63,682 nt of DNA from IMG/VR virus record IMGVR_UViG_3300048541_000245, positions 1 to 63,682 of that record; one strand, given 5' to 3'. Positions within the stretch are counted from its first letter, which is position 1, and each line of letters starts with the position of its first letter. This document shows positions 1 to 8,336 of this stretch, piece by piece. The position numbers were made by a program, and so were the translations under genes. The notes beneath the pieces were generated by a model. The model searched no databases and was not told the origin of the DNA. It was given only the letters and a program-made list of their open reading frames with translations. The DNA is from a virus (taxonomy: Duplodnaviria; Caudoviricetes).

Positions 1-156
1 GTCAATACCTGCCCAACCCTTGGATCAGGAATAAAAACATCTTTTAAGTCATGCAGCTTAGCTTCAGTAGCAACAAGATCTTGCCCATCTCTTCCTGGTG
101 GCCCTTGAAGTCCAGTCTCTCCTTTTGCTCCTGCAATGCCCTGGATACCTTTTTGG
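1..156. repeat. Terminal direct repeat, left copy (assembly circularisation overlap)
   Basis: Identical to 63527-63682 except one base (G127 vs A63653); lies inside a gene that crosses the junction. Confidence 0.95.
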
Positions 157-581
157 CCGTCAATACCGCTTTTCAGATTCTCCGCATATTCAATTGCCTT
201 GTCTAGGTTCTTTGATCGCTGGGCATCTTTTTTTAATTTTTCCTGTTCTTCTGCAGATTCTAAAACTTCCCTTGTTGCTAATGAAAAAATATTAACTTGG
301 ATTTCATTATTAGAAAACTTAAACGATGCCCCAACAAATATTCTTTCGAGGGAATCTGCGACCTGCTTTGATTCTGTATTAGTTAAGCCAATGATTGTTA
401 ATTTCCAAGTCGCCTCAAAATCGCTAATTAAAGGAATTCCAAGAATACCAATACTTGGCCCTAAGGCAATAGGTGCTAAACCAGTTTGATTGACTTGTAC
501 TTTTACAAATATTTCACGCAGTAAAACATCAGCAAGAATAGCCTGCTTGATTGATTCTGCAGAGGTTATCCTTACCGCCAT
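1..581 (-). CDS. 5' part of a virion protein with a short collagen-like (Gly-X-Y) repeat; continues across the junction to 63424
   Basis: ATG at 581, MAVRITSAES...GIDGQKGIQGIAGAKGETGLQGPPGRDG...GQVLTWDG; late motif at 599-608; missed by the ORF track because it wraps. Confidence 0.8.
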   Translation of the reverse strand, partial: MAVRITSAESIKQAILADVLLREIFVKVQVNQTGLAPIALGPSIGILGIPLISDFEATWKLTIIGLTNTESKQVADSLERIFVGASFKFSNNEIQVNIFSLATREVLESAEEQEKLKKDAQRSKNLDKAIEYAENLKSGIDGQKGIQGIAGAKGETGLQGPPGRDGQDLVATEAKLHDLKDVFIPDPRVGQVL

Positions 582-598
582 TGCACTAAATGACTAGG

Positions 599-608
599 CT
601 AGTCTGCC
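599..608 (-). promoter_or_regulatory. Putative phage late promoter element GGCAGACTAG
   Basis: Instance of the recurrent GGNANNHTA motif, 18 nt upstream of ATG 581. Confidence 0.65.
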
Positions 609-901
609 TACCGCTTAGATTTCTTAGTGCCTTTACCTGAAGCAAGCCTACCGTTCTTGCCGTGGCCATTTCTTGCCCTATTACTTTTTGGATTTTCCAT
701 CTTGAATTTGCCGGCAGCAGTATGGCTTACGTCCTTGCCACCTTTGCCCATTACACCTCTAGCCCTACGTTCTCTAGCTAACTCCGCCCGGTATTTCTTT
801 TGTTCTGGCTTCTCATTCCGTTTTTTATCATAAGCAAGTTTCTTCTTATACGCTTCAGGATTGCTAGCGTAAAATTTGGCAGTGCGTCCTTTAGCGGCCA
901 C
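608..901 (-). CDS. Small basic protein with degenerate HNH-like tail (GKDVSH...SNRARN)
   Basis: 97 aa Lys/Arg-rich ORF; motif of a type seen in cyanophage small proteins. Confidence 0.6.
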   Translation of the reverse strand: MAAKGRTAKFYASNPEAYKKKLAYDKKRNEKPEQKKYRAELARERRARGVMGKGGKDVSHTAAGKFKMENPKSNRARNGHGKNGRLASGKGTKKSKR

Positions 902-1046
902 TCTTTTTCCTCCTTAAACGATTGCTGGCACCATTGAAAGGTTTTTTCTTAGCAGGCGATGCTTTACCGCCATACTCACTAATTACTTTGCTTTTCTTAG
1001 CTTTGGACTTGCCAAGACTTTTGGCAATAGAAAGAGGCATTGCCAT
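891..1046 (-). CDS. Small Lys-rich hypothetical protein (51 aa)
   Basis: Manually translated MAMPLSIAKSLGKSKAKK...RRKKSGR*; motif GGAAGACTAC just upstream. Confidence 0.5.
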   Translation of the reverse strand: MAMPLSIAKSLGKSKAKKSKVISEYGGKASPAKKKPFNGASNRLRRKKSGR

Positions 1047-1084
1047 TATTTGCCCATGCAGTTCTCAGTAGTCTTCCGCTTTTA

Positions 1085-1270
1085 TTAAAGAGGTGTGCCG
1101 TCTAGGTTTTTTGAGCCCGGAACATATGTAGGCTTGCCAAGGCTTCCATCGTTTACAGGGTCACTTACCTGCCGGCGGATAATCTTTGGCTCAGCAGAAA
1201 TAATATCAGCATCAAGATTGATACCATCAAGATATCGCGGACCCTTTACATAAAGGACTTCATCGTTCAT
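1085..1270 (-). CDS. Hypothetical protein (head module)
   Basis: ORF coupled to the upstream gene (ATGA overlap). Confidence 0.6.
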   Translation of the reverse strand: MNDEVLYVKGPRYLDGINLDADIISAEPKIIRRQVSDPVNDGSLGKPTYVPGSKNLDGTPL

Positions 1271-1506
1271 GATTCCTCAACTTTCTTTTTGGTTACACGA
1301 CGTGCTTTAGGTTTAGCTTCAACCTTAGGCTCTTCTACAACAGCTTTAGGCTCTTTTTTTGCCTCAACAATGGGCTCTGCAACTTTTTCTTCAGTTACTT
1401 TTTCAACCCATCCAGCTGCAATAAGCTCTTTTGCTTGGATAGTAAAAAACGCTTTGCGTTCTTCGCCACCCTTGACGAAAATTGTGGGGAGCTTTGATAA
1501 ATGCAT
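1267..1506 (-). CDS. Hypothetical protein with K/E/P-rich C-terminus (head module)
   Basis: ORF downstream of capsid genes. Confidence 0.6.
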   Translation of the reverse strand: MHLSKLPTIFVKGGEERKAFFTIQAKELIAAGWVEKVTEEKVAEPIVEAKKEPKAVVEEPKVEAKPKARRVTKKKVEES

Positions 1507-1557
1507 AACAAAAAAAGGGTGACCTTAGCCACCCTTATTATTCCGTATGTTGTTAAA

Positions 1558-1908
1558 TCAAGCGACGTTATCGACGGTATCAAGGAAAGCGGTGCCTACC
1601 GAGACCGTACCGGAACCAGCAGTGGCGGTGTACTTGACGAGATTGTCTGCATCGCACAAAGCACCACGGAGGTGAGCAATAGCAGTACCATTTTTGTCAA
1701 AGTCGTTAGCAGTAAAAGTAACGTCCTGGCCACCAATGTTGAAAACAACAGTAGCGTCACCAGTGATTGTCGTGTTAACAAGACCAACGCGGATAGTCTT
1801 GATGTTAGCAAGAGTTACGCCAGGGGTCGTGTCACTTGCAGTGACAAGAAAGTTAGCGTCAATGTCAAACTTTTCGCGGGGAAACATTCCCGTAGAACGT
1901 GCGGCCAT
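1558..1908 (-). CDS. Probable head decoration/cement protein
   Basis: 116 aa, beta-rich, T/A/G/V-rich, directly after the major capsid gene. Confidence 0.55.
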   Translation of the reverse strand: MAARSTGMFPREKFDIDANFLVTASDTTPGVTLANIKTIRVGLVNTTITGDATVVFNIGGQDVTFTANDFDKNGTAIAHLRGALCDADNLVKYTATAGSGTVSVGTAFLDTVDNVA

Positions 1909-1984
1909 GATAAATACCTAAAAATTTTAAAAACCTAGTGCTCAACTGTTAGCAACTTGGTCTGTAATAGGTTCCCAATTACAT

Positions 1985-2008
1985 AAAAAAAAGGGGCCGA
2001 AGCCCCTT
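1985..2008 (-). terminator. Rho-independent terminator after the major capsid gene
   Basis: GGGC-TTCG-GCCC hairpin followed by a T-run on the minus strand. Confidence 0.85.
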
Positions 2009-2035
2009 GTATTGTTGATTTTCTAGAAAGAAGAA

Positions 2036-2938
2036 TCAGACAGTTGCGTTGACGTTGGTCAAGCGAGCAGCAGCACGGCCATTAACCATAGCCAGTCCGC
2101 AATACCACTCAACACGAACGATGATTTGAGGAGAAGCAGTGCTTTCGCCCAAGTCACGAACCTGGATGCCGCCGTTCTGAATACCAGTCAGCAGGTCATT
2201 GCCGAAGGTCACCACATAGATCGATTGATCAGCAGGGGTAGAATCAAGGATTGCAGCGTTCTGGTGGTCACGATCAAGCTCGATGACAGGCAGACCGGCA
2301 TAAACCATCTGCTGATAGCCAAACTCGTTACGAGCAATGTCGATCTGAGCTGATGCGCGAGCCTTGGTTGTCAAAGCACGACGGGCAGACTTGGACATAA
2401 CCAAGTACTTAGTGCCGCCTTGTGCATCGACAGAGTCAATTGCTTCATCAAGAGCACCTAAGTCAAGAGTCGCGGCGCTAGAAGCGTTACGAATAACTTG
2501 AGAATTAGTTGCGTGATCAGCCGCCGGCATGCGAGCAGCCAAGCCATCGAACTCAGAAGGAGACTGGTTAGAGTCGCCATTGATGAACAGGGATTCCCAA
2601 GAAAGACGCATTGCGCGGGTCTTGGATTGAACCTGATAAGCGCGTGACTCGCCACCTTCCAAATCAAGGATTGCGCGGTCAATTTTGATGTCTCCGCCGA
2701 ACAGACGAAGGCTTTCAGACTGCTGACTTACCTCAGCGTAGCTTTCGGTGTAGTTAGCGTTGTAATTACGGAAACCCACGTCTCCGAGGCTCTCTTCACG
2801 CTTCCAGAAAAGGCCGTTGCCTTGAATGTCGCGGAAAGGGAGAACGCTCAGCAGAGGACCAGCAGCCAGTTCTGTGACAACTGCCAGTTCTTGTGGATTC
2901 CGAGAGTGCTTTTTAGCCTCGGATAGATTTAAAGCCAT
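2036..2938 (-). CDS. Major capsid protein (HK97 fold)
   Basis: MALNLSEAKK...LLSVLPF...FGGDIKIDRAI...FINGD...EFDGL...RVEWYCGLA; follows scaffold; start ATG 2938 preferred over track start 3010. Confidence 0.88.
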   Translation of the reverse strand: MALNLSEAKKHSRNPQELAVVTELAAGPLLSVLPFRDIQGNGLFWKREESLGDVGFRNYNANYTESYAEVSQQSESLRLFGGDIKIDRAILDLEGGESRAYQVQSKTRAMRLSWESLFINGDSNQSPSEFDGLAARMPAADHATNSQVIRNASSAATLDLGALDEAIDSVDAQGGTKYLVMSKSARRALTTKARASAQIDIARNEFGYQQMVYAGLPVIELDRDHQNAAILDSTPADQSIYVVTFGNDLLTGIQNGGIQVRDLGESTASPQIIVRVEWYCGLAMVNGRAAARLTNVNATV

Positions 2939-2984
2939 TAGAATTAAACTCCTGTGGTTAATGGAGGAAAGGTGAAACGTGTCC

Positions 2985-3033
2985 AGAGCATCACGCTCTA
3001 ACTCGAACACCCTGCCTGCTAACCATCACGGCC
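2985..3033 (-). promoter_or_regulatory. Two GUGAU-loop hairpins in the capsid gene leader
   Basis: AGAGC-GTGAT-GCTCT (2985-2999) and GGCC-GTGAT-GGTT (3021-3033). Confidence 0.55.
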
Positions 3034-3087
3034 AGTCAAAACCGGGTGCTTTCTAACATATAATTCCGAAACTTCTATTCTTCCCAA

Positions 3088-3108
3088 TAAAAAAGCCCCT
3101 TTCGGGGC
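3088..3108 (-). terminator. Rho-independent terminator after the scaffold gene
   Basis: GCCCC-GAAA-GGGGC hairpin plus T-run. Confidence 0.8.
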
Positions 3109-3115
3109 GAAAGAT

Positions 3116-3853
3116 TTATCCAAATGCCTTTAGGAATAATTCTTCCCTTGATAGAGACGATAAGTCTTCTACTGGCATCCCGTTTGCATCTGTTCCAGCG
3201 TAATTTAATCCAGCTCCTGAACCTTTCACTCCTTTGAAGAAAGTTCCGTAAACAGGATGTGTTTTGTAACTACTTACAAAGTCTTCAGGCGAGATGCGCT
3301 TACCGGATTCGCTATCAAGAATAGGATCGCCCTGTTCGTCGACAACAGTAATACTTCCATTGGGCTCTTGCCTGAACCGCTTACTCATCTGTTCTGCGAA
3401 CATGTCGAAAAAAGATACGCCGTCGGCAGAATCAGTTCGTCCACCAGCTGAAGTAAATACTTTTTCAAGAGCATAACGCTTCTTGAATTCGTTAATTTGG
3501 GTTTCAGCTTGTTTAGCCTTACCTTCAGCCTCTGCTGTTTGCCGTCCATACTTTTCTTCAATGGCTTGAATTGTTTCACCATAACGTGATTCAATCTCAG
3601 CGGCTCGGGCAGCATCAGCTTCTAATTGTTGGTAACGGTCTAAGTCAACATCTTTTAGTTTTAAAAGTTGCTGTTCTTTGTCTTTGTATTGACGCTCATA
3701 GGTTTTACGAGCCTCCCTTTCAGAACGCAATGCTTTAACGAGATTAGCGACCTCATCTGGACTGTACTGAGATTTATCCTCAGCACTGACCTGTGGTGTG
3801 AGTTCTTGGCCGCCAGTCTCCATCTCGGAGGCTTTGGTGTTTTCTTCAGACAT
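3116..3853 (-). CDS. Capsid scaffolding protein
   Basis: Acidic coiled-coil protein (KALRSEREARK...) with GSGAG near the C-terminus, immediately upstream of the capsid gene. Confidence 0.8.
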   Translation of the reverse strand: MSEENTKASEMETGGQELTPQVSAEDKSQYSPDEVANLVKALRSEREARKTYERQYKDKEQQLLKLKDVDLDRYQQLEADAARAAEIESRYGETIQAIEEKYGRQTAEAEGKAKQAETQINEFKKRYALEKVFTSAGGRTDSADGVSFFDMFAEQMSKRFRQEPNGSITVVDEQGDPILDSESGKRISPEDFVSSYKTHPVYGTFFKGVKGSGAGLNYAGTDANGMPVEDLSSLSREELFLKAFG

Positions 3854-3897
3854 GGTAAAAGGGAATCACTCCCTAAATAGACGCGCTAGTGTTCCTA

Positions 3898-5250
3898 CTA
3901 TGCAATTCTTGTAAAGGTTACAGTGCCGCCACTGCAGTAGTAATTATTGCTTTGATCTGAATTAAGCAAGAATCGAACCTTGTTGTCAGCTGCAGTAGCA
4001 TTTTCTAAATGACAAACTACAGACATGCTTACTCGTTGGTTTACAGGCGAAGCAGGAGCAGTGCCTGTGGTGGTAAAATTAAAATCTTGGAATGTTCCAG
4101 GCAGCTGCGTAGAGCCAGTCAAAGGTCTAATTTCATGATTGTAATTAAGGTAACTATTAATTGCTAAATTATCAATTGTAATCTTAAGGCTTGCTTCGAT
4201 CCTGTAAATGCCTGCAACAAATCCTGAAAATGTACCAAAACTTTCTGTTATACCTGTTAAAGTTGGATCAAAAGTAGCTGATGTTGGCCCGATTCCATTT
4301 GTTGCATAATTTGCAAAAGTTAGTTCGCTAAAAGTACCTATTGCTGTTGCTTGACCTACATCTTGTGACCCTACAACAGTACCTGTTGGAGCTGCTGCTA
4401 GGTTAAATTGAAAACTTGTAAATTGAGAAGTAATTGCATTAGATGGAGTAGTCCATGAAAGAACACCACTACCATCTGTTTTTAATACTTGATCGGCAGT
4501 ACCATCATCATTTGGCAGAGTTAATGTATAATTCGCAGCCGCACTATGCGGTGGACCTTTAATAATAATTCCGTGACTGTTTGATTCACAATTTAATTTA
4601 ATTCTCCCTGAGCCGTCGGTAGCGTTGCCTTTGAATATTACTTCTTGTCCTGTCGCTGGATCAAATTCGATATTATTAGTTCCAGTACTTGTAATTGTTT
4701 TATTATTTGTATCCAGATTGCCGCCAAGTTGCGGAGTGATGTCATTAACTATATCAGTCAATACTGCAGCATCTTCCCAGTAAGAATTAGTCTCATTCCA
4801 AGTTAAAACATTTCCGTTTGGAATCTTTGGTGTTACAACACCAGTAACACTGGCTGATGTTACATCAGCAGTTGTTAATGAAAAAGTGAACTGACTTCCC
4901 GCAGGAATGCTTGTGATTGTATGTGTACCATTTAATGCTGCGACTGAGCTATTAGATATGACAACCTGTAATCCTACATAATAGGCACTTTGGCCTACTG
5001 ATAATGTTATTAAAACAGTATTTGACGTAACTTGATATAAATCTAAAGCCCCTACCGATTCATCAATTAAAGTTACTGAAGTTAAATCCTTTAGATCTTC
5101 CGCGCCGCCGATTGCGTTACCGCCTGGGGTGCTCCCATCACCAATGTAAAGCTTTTGATTATCAGTTAAGTATAATGGCTCACCAAGTAGTGGCACAAAG
5201 CTTGCAGAGGTTACATCCGCAGAAGTCCCCCTCCTAATTTGCAGCGCCAC
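3898..5250 (-). CDS. Tail fibre/receptor-binding-like virion protein
   Basis: N-terminal MALQIRRGT...GEP...KLYIGDG motif; TPQLGGNLD and LTLP..DGTADQVLKTDGSG fibre motifs. Confidence 0.7.
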   Translation of the reverse strand: MALQIRRGTSADVTSASFVPLLGEPLYLTDNQKLYIGDGSTPGGNAIGGAEDLKDLTSVTLIDESVGALDLYQVTSNTVLITLSVGQSAYYVGLQVVISNSSVAALNGTHTITSIPAGSQFTFSLTTADVTSASVTGVVTPKIPNGNVLTWNETNSYWEDAAVLTDIVNDITPQLGGNLDTNNKTITSTGTNNIEFDPATGQEVIFKGNATDGSGRIKLNCESNSHGIIIKGPPHSAAANYTLTLPNDDGTADQVLKTDGSGVLSWTTPSNAITSQFTSFQFNLAAAPTGTVVGSQDVGQATAIGTFSELTFANYATNGIGPTSATFDPTLTGITESFGTFSGFVAGIYRIEASLKITIDNLAINSYLNYNHEIRPLTGSTQLPGTFQDFNFTTTGTAPASPVNQRVSMSVVCHLENATAADNKVRFLLNSDQSNNYYCSGGTVTFTRIA

Positions 5251-5278
5251 AGGCTTCAGAATGCTGAACTAGTATTCC

Positions 5279-7624
5279 TTATGGCAATGGAGGCAGTTTA
5301 AACAATATTGCGTCTACGCTTACAGGTCCGGACGTATTTGTAGAACCTGGAAGAATTACTTTTAGCTGTGTGTTTGAATTTACTTGATAAACTTCATATA
5401 GCCCGCCAATCGTGGAATCTATGTCCGCAATCTCGTCTAAGGTATTGCTTCCGTGTATGCCATCAAATTCACTTATTTGGACTAAATCACCTGGATTAAA
5501 TAAATAACCATCAGAGACTGTAATCAATGTTACAACTTGTTGGCTCACATTTCCTATAGTTTCTGTTGTTATTTCATAAGAAATTAGTCCTAAAGAATTG
5601 ATAGTAGCAATAGAAAAATATAATTTTTTCCAACTTAGTCTAGATCCCCAGTAACTGCCGCTTTCGTAGACCTTTGGGCTCAGGGTCCAATTTGGGAACT
5701 GGAGTGTGTAGTCTACAGTATTAACATTGCCAGATATAAGGTAACCATAAGGGTCGGGGCTTCTTAATGCAGTCCATTGTCTCCAGTCAGAATAGTCGTT
5801 AGGGAAATTGGGTCGCGAGCCATCTAAATAATCAGAAAATACACCCATATCAATATCATAATTAGTGTGTTGACTAGTAACATAGACGCCTAGATTTTCA
5901 ATATCCTGGTAAGTACCGCCGTACAACGGGGTGTTCCCTTCCCGTCCAGAACCTTTTGGGTCTTTTCTCTCTAATTCAGCATCAAGAATTGTAGGTAAAG
6001 CACTTTGGTAGGCAAGTTCTACAGTACTATCTAAGCTACTATAAAAGAACGAATCTTTGTAACTTAATTGTAAGAAGGTCCAAAGTTCCTCCTCTGTAAT
6101 ATTCGCAGAAGCCACTGTATTCCATACAATATCTTTGTAGGCATATAACCAATCGCCTTCGTAAGATTCTTTCCATATATGCTCAGGATTAAAGCCATTT
6201 CCTAAGTTTGCATTTGGATCATGAAAAGAGTTAAAACTGGACATAAAAGCGTGTTTGTAAATTCCGACGCCATTACCATAAGTGCCCCCAACACCGGCTG
6301 GATGGCTAGGGAAACGCGCCTCCATTACTAGACGTAGGAGCCAAGTGCCTCTCGCCCTGTCTGAAATGTAATCCTGGCCATTTTCATAATCTTTAAACCC
6401 GCCATTTACTATATCGTTTATACCAGTATTTGGACTAGCATTTACTTTGCTCTCGTACTTACCCGTGTTCATGTTAAGTCTTGTATGAATTGTATATCTA
6501 GTCATTTTCCCAATCGACACAGTAGTTTCTTTCTCATTATATAAATCATAATTAATTACTTCATCTGACTGGGTCATGTCAACATCTACTGCCTGAAAGA
6601 TTGCATATACAAAAACATTATCATCTTCTCTCGCAGTATAATTATGAATAATTTTGCTAAGAAAGACTTTGTTCGGAACAAGACTATTTAAATCAATTTC
6701 TCTAATTTTGTCATTTGACATCTGAAAATAATAAACAGCAGCCTCAAAGAAAATGTATGAATACCTTGCTACGGCGTAGCCTCGGCCAGTTGCTATTGAA
6801 AAGTTATAAGGCTGCACAGTAACATATGAACCATCTGCAGCAAGTTGAATATCTTCTTTATCATTTGTTTGCGTTAAGGAGTAACCAATATCTAGATCGT
6901 AAACATTGCGAGCGTTGCCGGTGGCACCTGTGTTGCCCGTGGCGGATACACTTAGGCTGAGACCCATTCCACTTACTGAAGCACTACCGGTACCTGTACT
7001 GCCGGCGGTGACAGTTCCAAAGGACGAAACAATGCCTGCCGCTAATCTCCATACAGTGCCAGTGCTGCCGGGGGCAAATGGTTCAAAACTTGGTGGAGTT
7101 ACAGTGCTAGTTTCGTCTGTATAAAAATAATTATACCAACCGCTTGTGTCATGTGGAAGGTTACCGTCTGAGTAAACATCATTTGTATAAGACGTAAGAT
7201 CTTCTATAGGCTCTGTTGAATATATAATTACATAAAAAGCTTCAGTTGGTATATCAAATATTTTAATGATAACTTCTGGAAATAAATCAGCCGTCAGCAA
7301 AGGTGCTCTTGACATTCTTCTTCTGCGAGGTGATGTTATAATATCTTGTTTTTTTATTAATGCAGGCTCTTCTTTCTTTCTTTTTCTATACTCAACACTA
7401 CCATTCTTATCGTAAATTAGTTTTGTTCCTTTTTTTTGCGCTACATTACCAACACCTTTGGCTGTGTCAATTTTATCTAAGTTTTTTACAATCGCCTTAC
7501 CATCGTCATTAAATCCTTGCCATTTTACGATTGCAGTATCGTTATTTTTCTCTGCTTCTATTCTTGCTAACAATTCAGCGCGAACACGTTCTGCGAATTC
7601 TTTTACAAGCCTTTCGAGAGACAT
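5279..7624 (-). CDS. Large virion/tail-tip protein
   Basis: 781 aa in the tail operon, Y/S/T/G-rich. Confidence 0.6.
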   Translation of the reverse strand: MSLERLVKEFAERVRAELLARIEAEKNNDTAIVKWQGFNDDGKAIVKNLDKIDTAKGVGNVAQKKGTKLIYDKNGSVEYRKRKKEEPALIKKQDIITSPRRRRMSRAPLLTADLFPEVIIKIFDIPTEAFYVIIYSTEPIEDLTSYTNDVYSDGNLPHDTSGWYNYFYTDETSTVTPPSFEPFAPGSTGTVWRLAAGIVSSFGTVTAGSTGTGSASVSGMGLSLSVSATGNTGATGNARNVYDLDIGYSLTQTNDKEDIQLAADGSYVTVQPYNFSIATGRGYAVARYSYIFFEAAVYYFQMSNDKIREIDLNSLVPNKVFLSKIIHNYTAREDDNVFVYAIFQAVDVDMTQSDEVINYDLYNEKETTVSIGKMTRYTIHTRLNMNTGKYESKVNASPNTGINDIVNGGFKDYENGQDYISDRARGTWLLRLVMEARFPSHPAGVGGTYGNGVGIYKHAFMSSFNSFHDPNANLGNGFNPEHIWKESYEGDWLYAYKDIVWNTVASANITEEELWTFLQLSYKDSFFYSSLDSTVELAYQSALPTILDAELERKDPKGSGREGNTPLYGGTYQDIENLGVYVTSQHTNYDIDMGVFSDYLDGSRPNFPNDYSDWRQWTALRSPDPYGYLISGNVNTVDYTLQFPNWTLSPKVYESGSYWGSRLSWKKLYFSIATINSLGLISYEITTETIGNVSQQVVTLITVSDGYLFNPGDLVQISEFDGIHGSNTLDEIADIDSTIGGLYEVYQVNSNTQLKVILPGSTNTSGPVSVDAILFKLPPLP

Positions 7625-7625
7625 A

Positions 7626-7895
7626 TCAATAATTTACAGTTCTAATTCCTTTGGCAGCTCTAAGAAAGACTGTTTTATTTCTTTCAGCAGCTTGACCTGA
7701 TAAGTTTTTAGCGGTATATAGTTGATCTTGATACTTAATGATTGACATACCATCTTCATTGTAGCCCTGAAACTTGGCTTTAAAATTAGAACCGGCATAG
7801 GGGTTGCCGATATAAGCAGCATCTACGGCATTTAGCCTTGAGAAAGCTGATGTTTCCTTTAATTTATCAAGCAAGTTGCCAGGATCTTTTTCCAC
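7626..7895 (-). CDS. Small tail-associated protein
   Basis: KFQGYNEDG resembles KWQGFNDDG at the N-terminus of the downstream gene. Confidence 0.55.
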   Translation of the reverse strand: MEKDPGNLLDKLKETSAFSRLNAVDAAYIGNPYAGSNFKAKFQGYNEDGMSIIKYQDQLYTAKNLSGQAAERNKTVFLRAAKGIRTVNY

Positions 7896-8308
7896 TACCC
7901 AACTCCTTGTAAAATATTGATATTAATTCTTGCAAAATTTCCATTCGATAAAATAATAGTCTCTGCAAGCTTTTGGAACCCAACAACTGTCACTGTACCA
8001 CTAACATCTCTTAGTAACACAGCATAGTTGAAAGTCATATCCGCAGAAGAGCCATCATGAACAAAAGTTGCTGCCTTTTGAGCTAATGGCTGTCCATTGG
8101 AATAAGCCAGTAAATCAGCAGCACTATAAGTATAACTGAGTCTTGCATACCCTCCGTCTCCTACGGTAACCTCATCTGCCGCTATTGTTGCCAAAGAAAC
8201 AGTTGAAGTGTAATCTGTAGTTGTAAATGTTAAAGCTACTTTATAAGTTCCGCGAACATATGACAGATTGACCTGTTCATTAACCTCTGCAGACGTTAGA
8301 ACAGCCAT
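7895..8308 (-). CDS. Minor tail protein
   Basis: YKVAL...EV..GDGGYAR pattern; tail operon; late motif at 8326-8335. Confidence 0.6.
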   Translation of the reverse strand: MAVLTSAEVNEQVNLSYVRGTYKVALTFTTTDYTSTVSLATIAADEVTVGDGGYARLSYTYSAADLLAYSNGQPLAQKAATFVHDGSSADMTFNYAVLLRDVSGTVTVVGFQKLAETIILSNGNFARININILQGVG

Positions 8309-8336
8309 CGTGTAACCAATTCAAAGTAGTATTCCA

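Noticed and set aside
1-156. 156 bp end repeat as a biological terminal repeat
   Set aside because: It falls in the middle of a gene that reads across the junction; best explained as assembly overlap with one SNP or error
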